Part shown: one piece after another, positions 15,201-26,996 of the stretch
Numbering within the stretch: the first letter of the stretch is position 1
Layout: each line of letters opens with the position of its first letter
Origin: Dimargaris cristalligena
Lineage: Eukaryota
Assembly: GCA_003614675.1 (NCBI GenBank)
Contig: ML002428.1
Location: 1 to 32,105 of the forward strand
DNA: 32,105 nucleotides
Direction: 5' to 3'
Program-made: the position numbers and the translations under genes
The notes under the pieces: model-generated
What the model saw: the letters and a program-made list of their open reading frames with translations, nothing else
Databases searched by the model: none
What the model was told of the DNA's origin: nothing

Positions 15201-18200
15201 CTGGTCCAGTAGGTTAGCCAGAGCTAGACGCTGGGGTTCTACATCAGTCGGCGGGGCCAGTGGGTCATCTGGAAGAAATAGTGCCGGGTCTAGATCGGCC
15301 TCTACCGCTGGTTCACTTTGTGGGCTTAGTGGTGGATTTACGACAGGCTGGGTTTCCTGGATTGGGGATAAATTGGGGTCCGAGGAAATCATGGTCTCAT
15401 CTGCCCATGACAGCTGCTTACCCGCAAAGCCAATAGTGGTTGTATCAACAGAGGTAGGGGTTGTAACGGGCCGCAGGTGGGATTCAATAGTATTACTCAA
15501 GGCGGATGATTGGTGGGTAGACAGTGTAGTTTCGGTATATTTGGGGGTCGATGGGGCAGTCAAATGGTGAATCCAACCCCAGGGACAAGTCTCAGTCAAT
15601 GGGGACCAATGGGCCGGGCAAGTTCCATTCAAGGTGTTTATGTTGCCCGAACTGTGTGGACCAGGTAGAAGTCCAACGGTGACATTGTGATGAGTACCTG
15701 GGGTGATGCCCATAAAGGGAGTCAAAATGCCCAGCAGGTGGACCCAGGCCATTCCCCATTGTCGCCACCAGGCAGTCGATGGCGACGGTGCCGGGATCGC
15801 AGTGGTTTGATCCAGGAGGGCCCATGTAGGATTAGAAAGAGCTGTAGTATCAACCGCGCCTTCCGCTGTCGTCGGAGACTTGCGAAGATACCATTTGTTA
15901 TATAGTTCGACAATAGTACGTAATGTTCTCCGAAACGCCTTTCGAGTTATTCGAAATGCTGTATGCCGTATGAGGGCCACTTCGGGGAGCCGCCAGAGCG
16001 TATCGGCCAATCTTTGGCCTCGTAACAGGCCGCGCCGCACCATGGAGCGGAGCATACTGTACCCCAGGTAGTAACCGCCGTCCCGATCCGGCGTATTAAA
16101 CACCCAATACCAGTGGAGGAGAAATTGGTAGGTGGCCCGGGCCCAGCATGCTAGAGTCTGCCAGGTCTCGGACCCCTCTAGCCAGTAGGCGAAGGGGAAG
16201 GTCAGCGGCAAAGTAGCCATAGTCCAGGCCGTGGGCGAAATGAGTCCCAAAATGCGGCAGAGAGTGGGAAATGTATGGACCAACGTCAGTAGAGCAAAAA
16301 GGTACGCAATGCATGCGCGGAGTTGCAACCGGGTCAAGTCGGGGAACTGGAAATACCGCTCCCGTAAGGATCGGTGGCGGGGAACAGGCGCAGAGCCCGT
16401 CGAACCCGGGGACGGAAGAGGATTGACGATGAACAAACGGTTAAGGCTTCGAATCGCCGCATTAAGACCCAACATCACTAATAACCAGAGAAAGCACGAG
16501 AGGGACACTTGAGTCAGGCCCAGAGCGGTGTAGAGAAGATGGGGTGACAAGGGACCGGGGCTCGGAACTCCCACTGAAGTATCATTAGGGGCGCTAAATA
16601 CGTGCGGGAGAAGGGTTGCGGTAGTAAGGTAATCCAACTCAGTGGTATCATGCAGGACAAATGGGATTTTTCGGGGGTAAAAGCCGAGGGGTAGGGATAC
16701 CGGCGAAGTCAATTTGCGGTCGAATAGAGTATTCGCGGAAAGCACGCCTAGGTTGGGGTAGGTCGATTCGGCGATGCTACAATTGCGGGGCGTCCGGCGC
16801 GGAAATGGGAATGGGAATTCCACCGGTAGGGATTTTATACCGCCACCATTACCAGTGCCCATTGATTGGCCTCCCACTTCGGCCGCCAGAGTGGGATTGG
16901 CGGCATCGGTGACCGCTGTCAGCGTGGTACCTCGGGCCGACTGCCATACACCCAGCAAGGACCGATACCAGTTCTGCGGAGAAAAGGGGAAGTCAGTTAA
17001 GGGACCACCTGCTGAGTTCCCAGCGGGTGATCCCAGCGAGCCATCAAGCGACTGGCCATTAGCGAAAGTCTCGTTGAAGTGCTGGGAATTGAAAGGGCGG
17101 TATTGCCAAATTACCGAAGCGTATTGGGATGCCAGTTTAAGCGCGGTTGTTACTTGAGTTATATTCTGCCCCTGGTAGATCAAGATGGGGTTTGCTGCAG
17201 TGGCGCGTGACGATTGGGGCTTCGTGGGCCGGGAAAAGAACGAGCCCGTCGATTGATCCGTTGGCGGCGTATGTGGTTGACTATTGGGGGCCCGCCGTCG
17301 TTTATCGGATCCAAAATGGGACCAATGGTTAAACTCATGGTCACCGTCGAAAATTCCTAGAAAGGCGCTAGCCACGGTGTTGATAAAGAGGCCTAAACTC
17401 AGACCCGCGGAGACGAGGGTCGCCCCTAGAAAGATGATGTTCCACTGCCAGGGGGTGCGGCGCGCTAATTGGCGAAGGAATCGGTAGTCAGTGTAAAGAC
17501 GCTGTAGCTCACCGCTCCGCTTCACGAAGGTTTGGTTACGGGTAAGGTTGAGGAGCTGTAAATCCCGGCTACGTTCCTCGAGCTGATTGCCGGTCTGGCG
17601 GAGGGACGATGTTGCCGCATGGAGGTGCTGACTAAGTGAGGCAAAGTCGGGCCGACCGTTGGGAAGAGTGGGTGATACTGGGGCGGAGGGCGTTCGAGTT
17701 GGCCACGCACCAGGAATAGTAGGGCTCGAAGATTCAGAGGCGGCCCCAGTGGTATGGGACTCCTTCGGCCCGATAAAGGTGTGGGGTCGACGGACTAACA
17801 TGGACCGCAGGTCCAAAGTACTGGCCGGGGGTATGGGTGCTATCACACACCGGCGAATAGTCCGGGCTCCCGTATTGGGAGTCACATCAGGGGCTGCCGC
17901 TTGGGATTGGTGACTGCCGTCACGGGGAAGGGGGGCAGGAGTAGTTCCGAAATTGTGAAGAGCATCATTTTCTATGTGTATAAGAGGCGACATGGTGCCG
18001 AACGAATCCCCCTTGCCGATTTTAGCGGGTAGGGACTGCCGAAGACCAGGCTTAGATTTCCGCTTGCGAAGGGTACAAACTTCAGTAAAGCCACTCCGCA
18101 CGGTACCCTCGACTTCGATGCTGTCCTGTACTGGAGTAACAGAGGTGCTCGTGGTGGTGGGTCGAAAAGACAGCTTCTTGGGTGCAACGGGAGTCACGCG

Positions 18201-20306
18201 TGACGACGGAGGTGATGGAATACTCTTAAACGGACTTTGCCTACCAAACCCCGTTGGCGAAACCGGAGACCGGGGTGGCTCGACTCCACATGTGGCCGAT
18301 ACCGAGAGGGGTCGGAATGCCAAGCACGATGGGGATGATGCTGTCCGGGACCGACTAGGCGAATCGGTTGGGTCGGATATCGATCGCCCATGGCCTGTGG
18401 ACCGACGCCAAGGGAAAGCTAATTTTCGGCCCATAAGTCGGATGTCCTGCTGGAACGTCTCGCCCTGGCCGAAAATAAACATTCTGGACCGATTCACCAG
18501 GGACCGGCCGTTATCCGCCCAGGTCTCCCCCGTCAGAGACCCGATCCGTGGCAGACGGGACTGGAAGTCGTGGGACCTGGCCTCGAATTTCCGCATCATT
18601 TGCCGAAATACCTCGCTGCTCCGGGACTTGAGCCGAGGCAAGGTGGTTGGGGACATCTGGCCCATGCTAAACAAATGACCTCCGCCCACCATACCGGCTA
18701 TATAGTTAGTGGCGGGGGAGGTCATGGAATTGCTCAGGAGGGCACGGGGAGGTAACGGGGGTTTGCCACCACTCGGGCGGGCGCGGCGTCTTCCCAGGCG
18801 ACCCAGCGGACCGGCCATGGCCCCGCCTCGACTCTGGGTAGTCAGACCATCGTCATCGGAGTCCATGTCGGCATGCTCCTGCAGGAGACTTCGTCGCCGC
18901 CGCCAATGCAGGTGATCCAGTTCCCGTTCAAGGGACTGGATCTGACAGACCACGATATCCAACTTGAGCTGTAGTTGTTTTTGGTGGTCGAAACGGAGGG
19001 GTAGTGTGCGGATGAGGGCCCACAGCTCGACCATGCCTCGGGGAACCAGCCACAGCGCAAGGGGAATGGTCAGGAGGCACTGCCAAGTATAATAGAGCCA
19101 GGTTTCGGCTACCAGAGGGGTCAGCCCCAGGAAACCCAGGGTAACTACCGCAACCAGTATGACCTGCAGCGTTTGAATAAGTACAGTGACGGTGAGAGCC
19201 TCTCGGAAACGGGACCAAAACCGGGCCAGCGGGTCGGTTTCGGTAAAGAAATACGCGTAGGGCAGCACAAACCAAAGCCCGAGCTGGGTCAAGTAGGCCT
19301 GGTAGTGCCATAGAGTATCGACGAGGCTATGGTCCAAGAGGTCGTGCCAGGAAAATACGGGTAACCAGGGAAGGGCGGACCGGCCGTAGGCGGTGGGATT
19401 CGGCTGGTGGCCCCAATGCGCCCAGCTGATTTCCAGGGGGAATATCCTAAAATGGGTGAGCGCATCGCGATAATTAGCGAGCCAAATAGTGGTGAACAGT
19501 AAAATGAATTCCATGGAAATAACGGTCAGGGCATAGGCACAACTTAGGCGAGGAACGAGAGCCGACCAGTAGATGGAAGTTTCCGACACCTGGTGGGCCC
19601 ACCGGGTCGCGTTGGTGGGAACTCGGCACATCCGAGGGGCTGGGGAGGGTGTTCGCGTGCGGGCCCCATGGGGGGAAGGCGGGGTTAGGGTAGTGGGGGA
19701 AAGGGTGGAACGCTTCGCGGCCGTGGGTTTAGCGAACAGATTCTGCCAGGACGCATCCGGGCCGAAAAGGGGCGATAGTGATGCGCTAATTCGGCGCGGA
19801 AAACTCAATCGGCTAGACGGGGATTTGTCGGTCGGTGAACAGGGTTCAGTGGCGGGAGTGACGGATCGGGAAACGGGGAATGAGCCTGGGACACTTTCGG
19901 CGCCGGTTTGAACCAATGTCGAAGGGGCTACACTGGCCGGCCGTGGGGTTTGGGCGGGGTTGGGACCCTGAGTCTCGTAGGTATATTTTCCATAAAGGGG
20001 CCGGCGGGGCGATACGGGGAACAACAGTACGACAGTCAGATAATAGAGGGTAAAGAGGAATAAATAGGCGAAACTGGCTAAGATATGTTCTCGGATAACC
20101 ACATTAAAGAGGTGGTAACTAAAGTCGGGGTCGGGGTTGAGTTCGGCGGCGGGGCCACCCGTCGGACGATGGGCCGCGGCTACCGGTGGGGATAATGGGG
20201 GTACGGCATCCGGCTGGGCAGCGGTGAGGGCTGGCCCGGTGCTGAGCAGCACCTGACAGACGGTCAAGGCGAATGGGAGGCACCGGGAAACCACGGCAGG
20301 CCACAT
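12243..20306 (-). CDS. Giant LMBR1/LMBR1L (LIMR)-family multi-pass membrane protein, ~2687 aa, apparently intronless
   Basis: An uninterrupted 8-kb ORF; first ATG at 20306 is followed by a signal-peptide-like segment. Hydrophobic blocks match, in order, segments I recall from animal LMBR1: FNVVIREHILASFAYLFLFTLYY (cf. FHSQVRESTICFLLFAILY), WFVLPYAYFFTET (cf. FVLMPFAFFFLES), RFREAL (cf. RILETL), LVPRGMVELW (cf. CTPVGLSRMF), RRTPWQWNIIF (cf. KASAWERNLVY), TFPTLCRILGL (cf. ALPVMSRTLGI), plus a final C-terminal TM. The ORF is certain; the family assignment is from memory, not a search. Confidence 0.8.
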   Translation of the reverse strand: MWPAVVSRCLPFALTVCQVLLSTGPALTAAQPDAVPPLSPPVAAAHRPTGGPAAELNPDPDFSYHLFNVVIREHILASFAYLFLFTLYYLTVVLLFPVSPRRPLYGKYTYETQGPNPAQTPRPASVAPSTLVQTGAESVPGSFPVSRSVTPATEPCSPTDKSPSSRLSFPRRISASLSPLFGPDASWQNLFAKPTAAKRSTLSPTTLTPPSPHGARTRTPSPAPRMCRVPTNATRWAHQVSETSIYWSALVPRLSCAYALTVISMEFILLFTTIWLANYRDALTHFRIFPLEISWAHWGHQPNPTAYGRSALPWLPVFSWHDLLDHSLVDTLWHYQAYLTQLGLWFVLPYAYFFTETDPLARFWSRFREALTVTVLIQTLQVILVAVVTLGFLGLTPLVAETWLYYTWQCLLTIPLALWLVPRGMVELWALIRTLPLRFDHQKQLQLKLDIVVCQIQSLERELDHLHWRRRRSLLQEHADMDSDDDGLTTQSRGGAMAGPLGRLGRRRARPSGGKPPLPPRALLSNSMTSPATNYIAGMVGGGHLFSMGQMSPTTLPRLKSRSSEVFRQMMRKFEARSHDFQSRLPRIGSLTGETWADNGRSLVNRSRMFIFGQGETFQQDIRLMGRKLAFPWRRSTGHGRSISDPTDSPSRSRTASSPSCLAFRPLSVSATCGVEPPRSPVSPTGFGRQSPFKSIPSPPSSRVTPVAPKKLSFRPTTTSTSVTPVQDSIEVEGTVRSGFTEVCTLRKRKSKPGLRQSLPAKIGKGDSFGTMSPLIHIENDALHNFGTTPAPLPRDGSHQSQAAAPDVTPNTGARTIRRCVIAPIPPASTLDLRSMLVRRPHTFIGPKESHTTGAASESSSPTIPGAWPTRTPSAPVSPTLPNGRPDFASLSQHLHAATSSLRQTGNQLEERSRDLQLLNLTRNQTFVKRSGELQRLYTDYRFLRQLARRTPWQWNIIFLGATLVSAGLSLGLFINTVASAFLGIFDGDHEFNHWSHFGSDKRRRAPNSQPHTPPTDQSTGSFFSRPTKPQSSRATAANPILIYQGQNITQVTTALKLASQYASVIWQYRPFNSQHFNETFANGQSLDGSLGSPAGNSAGGPLTDFPFSPQNWYRSLLGVWQSARGTTLTAVTDAANPTLAAEVGGQSMGTGNGGGIKSLPVEFPFPFPRRTPRNCSIAESTYPNLGVLSANTLFDRKLTSPVSLPLGFYPRKIPFVLHDTTELDYLTTATLLPHVFSAPNDTSVGVPSPGPLSPHLLYTALGLTQVSLSCFLWLLVMLGLNAAIRSLNRLFIVNPLPSPGSTGSAPVPRHRSLRERYFQFPDLTRLQLRACIAYLFALLTLVHTFPTLCRILGLISPTAWTMATLPLTFPFAYWLEGSETWQTLACWARATYQFLLHWYWVFNTPDRDGGYYLGYSMLRSMVRRGLLRGQRLADTLWRLPEVALIRHTAFRITRKAFRRTLRTIVELYNKWYLRKSPTTAEGAVDTTALSNPTWALLDQTTAIPAPSPSTAWWRQWGMAWVHLLGILTPFMGITPGTHHNVTVGLLPGPHSSGNINTLNGTCPAHWSPLTETCPWGWIHHLTAPSTPKYTETTLSTHQSSALSNTIESHLRPVTTPTSVDTTTIGFAGKQLSWADETMISSDPNLSPIQETQPVVNPPLSPQSEPAVEADLDPALFLPDDPLAPPTDVEPQRLALANLLDQPDYDYAAAWSIWWHWKQTQWSETHQQIRRHRARLTPPTPAAPGRLRGLMDKPWHISRSLWQWLAPSKSPVPRRGVLEGITWPVWNGIFIPPYGSTRVCRDSPQMDQCPVDLVGYREWAVAYRVFCPRSTAIGPRKTWPLVDQARIMAWSLQKRTKRIYDPCQRAVSHGIERVGSFCGQSISTIRRWWEAIHLWAYPPRMAPNPTCTLPLSTTLNSKVSYDSSSAPSVIAGLSTDTSTEPAPSPAWPGIAAIPYHAVRHGLGYLGHWFGYPAPLAENIDSPDLTVEDIPLSSQSTGDMDNDQADRDKHEALRVAAQRRLLQSAQMQLRSLPPTPPPPAPLLFYQIEFGGSDNDHMSDLDEDDDSVGSTSGVRGDYAKHSEQGRGGPQSLPPLCPLVERQYLYYYYLAYYQAVYLRTVDRSLHHEIQELATLAKPASGARKQSGISTASGSGEAETSAIYTSKAEPGDSVEISPRDTNHAIHEKDPDDVDWTELLKDPKFNWGDPKSVWLFWWLWWNRFLEDHHAKPISLDGGPDSLGPSHISWSNITDTALHLTLGVPFPHNTDPESGEALNPEYVRSAYATDGWLATQSEEILRPVASFVFNLLWTVIAISSGSAPSEQYSIWTMFAHNQWWWWRRNRRPLFDFPGGGSSAATMTEAVAQKMNDPLYHYGHNRRETVGTRSELGFDLGGEPYLGFKQPNPLSKASQVSAKPTKADRTNRNSDPYSNKPHPTVPLPLTWYGRFQGPGQNATTWATDWKAWQIQHWIPIVETGRDTAPSTSESSIPTMSMEVNLSDAITTITPAKEVHPFTFTRSGFGAEPLSTSPLQSADLRADADDASAQPMEVELPDSLRLQASTCSAPLCPSSATFPAASSQELPDANTNHSSTPLPWANDPNFAKPNRRHSWLTSPPPTPPLPPLILATAGERGGTQAHHHHYAYHSAWSIPMTMDTSSPSAWISIGLFLFRSALVVLLSFKMTETVVNLFL

Positions 20307-21454
20307 GGGGAGGCGCTGCAAATGAGAACAATCGGAGCCGCCCGCAGCACAGCTAGAAGCGGTGGAAGGGGGTGGTTAATTCACGGGGGAGCGGAAGGGA
20401 CCGAACGGAAAGTGAAGTTAGCCGTGAGGGGCCGAATTACCGACTGGGTCCGATAAAACGAAAGCAGAATGTGCCGACTGTGTAGGAAGTGGATTCGACG
20501 GACGGAATGGTAGATGCAATGCGGAACAGCGCATGGCCAGTGCGGGGAGAGAAGCTCTATTGTATTGAACTTGGCAATGGTCTGGCGGAGTCGGTGCAAA
20601 TTCGCCACAAGAGAATGAATAAGGATAGACGTCAAACCCCAAGTAGACGCCCGAGTAAAATAAAAATAAGTATGAAAGGATAAACCAAGCCAATGCCTTG
20701 GAAAAAAGGACAGGGCAATTAAGGGAACGCTTTTGGGCAACGGGCGGGAGTACGGTTTTTGCCGCGATCCAAAGGGTTGGGGCTGCCCAGAATTTTTGGG
20801 TGGCTAATAAAGCGACGACAATTTTAACAGGGGCCAACAGTCGTGGTATTCCCAGGACATTGTGAAGGAGACATCATCAAACTCGCCAGACCTTCGACAA
20901 GTAGTGTTGGCGTGGTCGGCTGGAGATTTAATGATTTTCAATCTACTAGGGGGGAGTTCCTGGCCATGGTGCACTATTAAATTCACTGTGATTTCTATCT
21001 AGGTCCGTGTATCGTTTAGCTGAATTCTGTAGAGGAATGTGTGTAAACTACCCCAAAGAACCCAAGCTTAGGCAAAAATCAATCGGCCCGTATGGTCTTT
21101 TTTCCGGTTTGTTTACCGTTAATATCTCAGCTTGGTATGGCTTCTACTTCAGCCTTGCCACATATCACTGTTGTGAATACCTGTTTACTAGGCGTGCAGC
21201 TTCTACTTTGTGTCCCAAATTCCCCCACCGGAGGACTCTTCCATTTAACAATTGAACTCTTTTGTTGTCGATGATTTGTTTAGTTGCTTCCATTTCCCAC
21301 TTCGCCAACTACCCTCCTTTGCTTACTCCTAATCCTCCTTTGTGCAGCCTCTCGCCTGGGATTAACTCGTAAACTGCTCACCATTGTCTTTACCCACTAG
21401 CTTAATTCGCTTATCCCCCTAACCTCTGGCCCACGGAGGCAACATTTCGTGAAT
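20307..21454. promoter_or_regulatory. Divergent intergenic region (likely shared promoter) between the LMBR1-like and RBBP4-like genes
   Basis: Head-to-head ATGs with 1148 bp between them; pyrimidine-rich tracts on + at ~21285-21430 and on - at ~20655-20715. Transcription starts cannot be placed from sequence. Confidence 0.5.
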
Positions 21455-23498
<2,044 letters not shown>

Positions 23499-24794
23499 AG
23501 AACGCCCGTCTTCCACTGGCTGGTTAGATAATCCCTAATCTAACAGTTCTTTCTTCGGTTTTTTATTTTTATTTACATTCTCCTACCCTAATTTCTAACA
23601 TCTTTTCGGCAGTATTGCCAAACCCACCGAAACTCTATATCCACCACTATGCTCTACGTACTTCTCAATAATAGGTTTATTCTAAAATATATTTTAATTG
23701 CTTGTTCGATATAATAGTAGGGCGATTTGCTATCAATAAACGTACAGCCTGTCTGATTTTTTACTCAAGTTGCAAGCAACCGTAACTGTAGCTTACCCCA
23801 TCAATGTGCCTATACAGTCCTCGGCTAGGTAGCCATGTGGCGTAGTGCCAAAGCTCGGGGGATATTTCAAACCTGTTGGATCGACTAAAGAAATATCCAA
23901 ATGTTATGCCTGTTGTGGCCGGGCCTGCTTAAACCTTAAAATTATACCCTGGCCAAACTATTTTGGTTTTGAAAAAGGGAAGAATACTACCGGAAGCTGA
24001 TTTTCACCTTTTCCCACCTAGATTGGCACCTCGGCAGACTGGGCTTTATCTTCCAATATTCATTTATTAGGGCGACTTCATTATAAAAGGTTGGGGCGTA
24101 TCCCCAGCTTTGGTATTCCCAAGCCACCATCATTGGCGACTTCCATTATTTCGTCCATTCTTCTAATTAGTTGTCTTCACTTTTCATTACTACCCGTTGG
24201 GATGTTTTAGTACCAGTGGCATCACAGTAAGTCGTTATGTTCAGGTTATTTTTTACTAACCAATTTTTCTATAAATACTTACCAAGTAATCTCTCAATAC
24301 AGCCAAGCAGTTAAACACTATTCAAGTTCTCTATTGGTTTTTTCCTGATCCTTGATCTCTGGTATTATCTTATCCGCGTCGCCACTTGGCCCAAACCCAT
24401 ACATTGTGCCCCGTCTGCTACATACTAGAAGGATTCCCGGTTGTCTAATTGCCCCTGCTTGAAGTCCAGACAAGAACCGTCCCCGCCGAGTATGAGTTTT
24501 CCCCAAAGATCGCCGTTTACCACCAGGCTATCACTGCTCCAACCGGTACTGATATAAGGTAAACAGGTTCTATTGGCATGTTGTGGCTGAACTCATTGCC
24601 ACAATATAAATTACAGGAAACATCTGATAAATTATTTAGATTTAATGATTAGGTAGGGTTGGACTTGGTGATATCATACAGACACGGATGAAGTATTTAC
24701 GGAATTGAAGAAAATATAGAGTCATCACGAGTTTACAAAAATACGAACTTCATACATACATAAATAAAATTCTAGGGATAGGGGGGGGGGGTAT

Positions 24795-26996
24795 TTATAA
24801 GTGCGCCGAAGGGGGTGGCGAACCAATAGACCCCCGAAGTTGAACCGGTGGAGGAGGTGCGCTGGGTAGTTTGGTTGCATCCCTTACCAACCGGGAGGTC
24901 TGGGCACTGGACCCAATCGCACGCAGGGACTCCTTTTTGCGGAACCGAATGACTTTGGGCATATACAATCGGTAAAACTCGCCGTCCACGAAAATACAAG
25001 TCTCCCCGAGCACATTGGATTCCCGCCGTAGATTACGGAACCACCCTGTGCCCGAACCCTGCTCGGTGCCACTCGTGGAGGGGGGGTGGCGGAAATTTAG
25101 TTCAAAATGGTCTTCGATTTGCCCCAACCGGGCTAATTGGCCGCTGGGGTGGAGCAGCTGGTGTACGTAAGCGAGGACATCCTTAAACCCGAAAATCTCG
25201 AGTTTGCCGTCACCGCTGAGTTGCTCCTGCCAGTGGGTGGGGTCCGTGAAACCCTGGCGGTTTTCCACCACCCCCGGACGTTGCGCTGCTTCGCCCCACA
25301 GGTCGATTTCCCGGCCCCAGATGTGGGGAATGTTTTGAATCACAATTTCGACGGGGTGGATGACTAGGGTGGCGGGAGTATCGGGGCCCTCCTTGGGCGA
25401 GTCTGCGGTGGCAGCAGTGGTTTTTTCGGACAGGTTTTTCTTGGGCTCAGTGGGTTCTCGAGTCACCAGTATCTCCTGGCCATCCCGGGTAATGGATTTG
25501 AGGATTTCAGTGACACTCGGGAACTTGCGGAAAACGACCCATTTAAGCGATTCGACAAAGTATTGGAAGAAATTGTGAGTTCGGGTCCGCTTTCGATTGG
25601 CTTCGAAACCAGCGCCCACGTAACCTATTTGTTTTTCAAAAGAAATAATGGAATCAAAATGATAGTTTGATAGTTTAGCGATTAGTGAACCTTGAAATAT
25701 TTACAAAAAAAAAATAACAGAGTCAGGGTAAAAACCCTCACAAAGCCAAATAAAATATTGATACAATGGAGTTCAACAGGGCGGAATGGCCTTTTTGTGT
25801 ATCTTACCTTGTACGCCCATCGCAAAATAGCTGCACATGCGAGTGGCCAGCTTGTCCAGTTTTGGGCCTGGTTCGGCCTTTTTCTGGGCCTTTTGGATGA
25901 ACCCGCCTTCAAAGGTTTCGATTTCAATGTCCCAGATATCGAGCAGGGCCATATCGCCGTCTAAGCGCGCCTCGGTGATTTTACAAAGACTGATGAGGTG
26001 ATTGCCGACAAAATTGGATTCCACCGTTTTACCCCAGCCCAGTGCCTGGCTGAAGTCGTTACCGGTGCCAAAGGGGATGCAGGAGAAGTACACTTTAGAG
26101 AAATCAATCCCGGCCTGATGCAAATGATCGTACACGGTCATTACGGTACCGTCCCCACCGGCACTCCAAATGTGGATTTCAATAGGCCGCAGACACTCCG
26201 GGGGGCCTACGTTGGGGGAATTTTCATTGGCTAAAGGGAAAAACGATGCGAGACGATCCGGGGAGGCCGCCATCTCGCCGTAGATGGTGGTTGGGCACTC
26301 GTCGGGTAAAAGTGACTGGCGATTCGACGCATTCGGTGACGGCCAGGGATTGCCGTTAGGGGTGGTGTTCAATTCGGTCTGGCCCAAGGTAGTGGTGGTG
26401 GTAGTGGGGTGTGTCGATTGGGGAGTAGGTGGTACGGTAGGGTCGGACGTTGGTGTTACCGTGTCTTGGGAAGTCGGCCGGTTGGTTCGAGAAGGGTGCG
26501 TCGAGTGGGATGGGGGAGAGGCGGCGCTTCGTAGTTTATCGACCCGAGCCTGGGCCTTTTGGAGCCAGAGCAGATAGCTAATACCCTTTTGCTTCTCGGG
26601 TTCATCAAACAGATTATACCACTGAATCTGAACATTGTGGTTACTCTTGAGCCGGAAATGCTGATAAGGTAGGTCAGTCAATTGCCGACCGACTTGGTTG
26701 CCGGACTTGGGGTTGACAAATATGAACACGTAGACCGAGGGGTGGTAAGCGGAGGACACCCATTGCCGCTCGCTCCAGGTGCTGATGGACTCGTGGCTAC
26801 CTGTATGGGCGTGAGTCGAAGGGTTGGGAAGAGCGTCGTCTCTTGGGGTATGGGAACCGGAAATGTCGGGGGTGGGAGTTACTAGGGTGGTGGCCCCCTT
26901 TGTCGCTGGGCTAGAAAGAGACTTGGGTTGAACAGGCAGCCCAACGTCCGGCTTAGGTATCAGTCCGACCGGACTAGTGTCAATGACAGTAGTCAT
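24795..26996 (-). CDS. Diacylglycerol kinase-like protein (DAGK catalytic + accessory domains, no C1 domains), 2 exons, ~672 aa
   Basis: Exons 26996-25808 and 25624-24795 (2019 nt); intron 25807-25625 is GTAAGA..TAG, and the junction reads YFAMGVQG|YVGAGFE. Motifs: FVNPKSG, AGGDGTV, IPFGTGNDFSQALGWG, LDIW, QNIP, GDGKLEIFG, VDGE. Confidence 0.88.

Noticed and set aside
12436-19911. Many antisense and alternative-frame ORFs inside the big genes (for example 17974-18678; likewise 22889-23452)
   Set aside because: Expected shadows of GC-rich coding sequence; mostly non-ATG starts with no recognisable motifs.
20381-20837. ORFs of 119 and 139 aa upstream of the LMBR1-like gene
   Set aside because: Non-ATG starts, no motif; they lie in the presumptive UTR or promoter.
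24071-24150. Short direct repeat GGCGACTT(C)CATTAT twice; similarly the TATTTGGCCC tandem near 1017-1040 and poly-G runs at 24781-24791 and 29405-29414
   Set aside because: Too short and isolated to imply function; no array structure.
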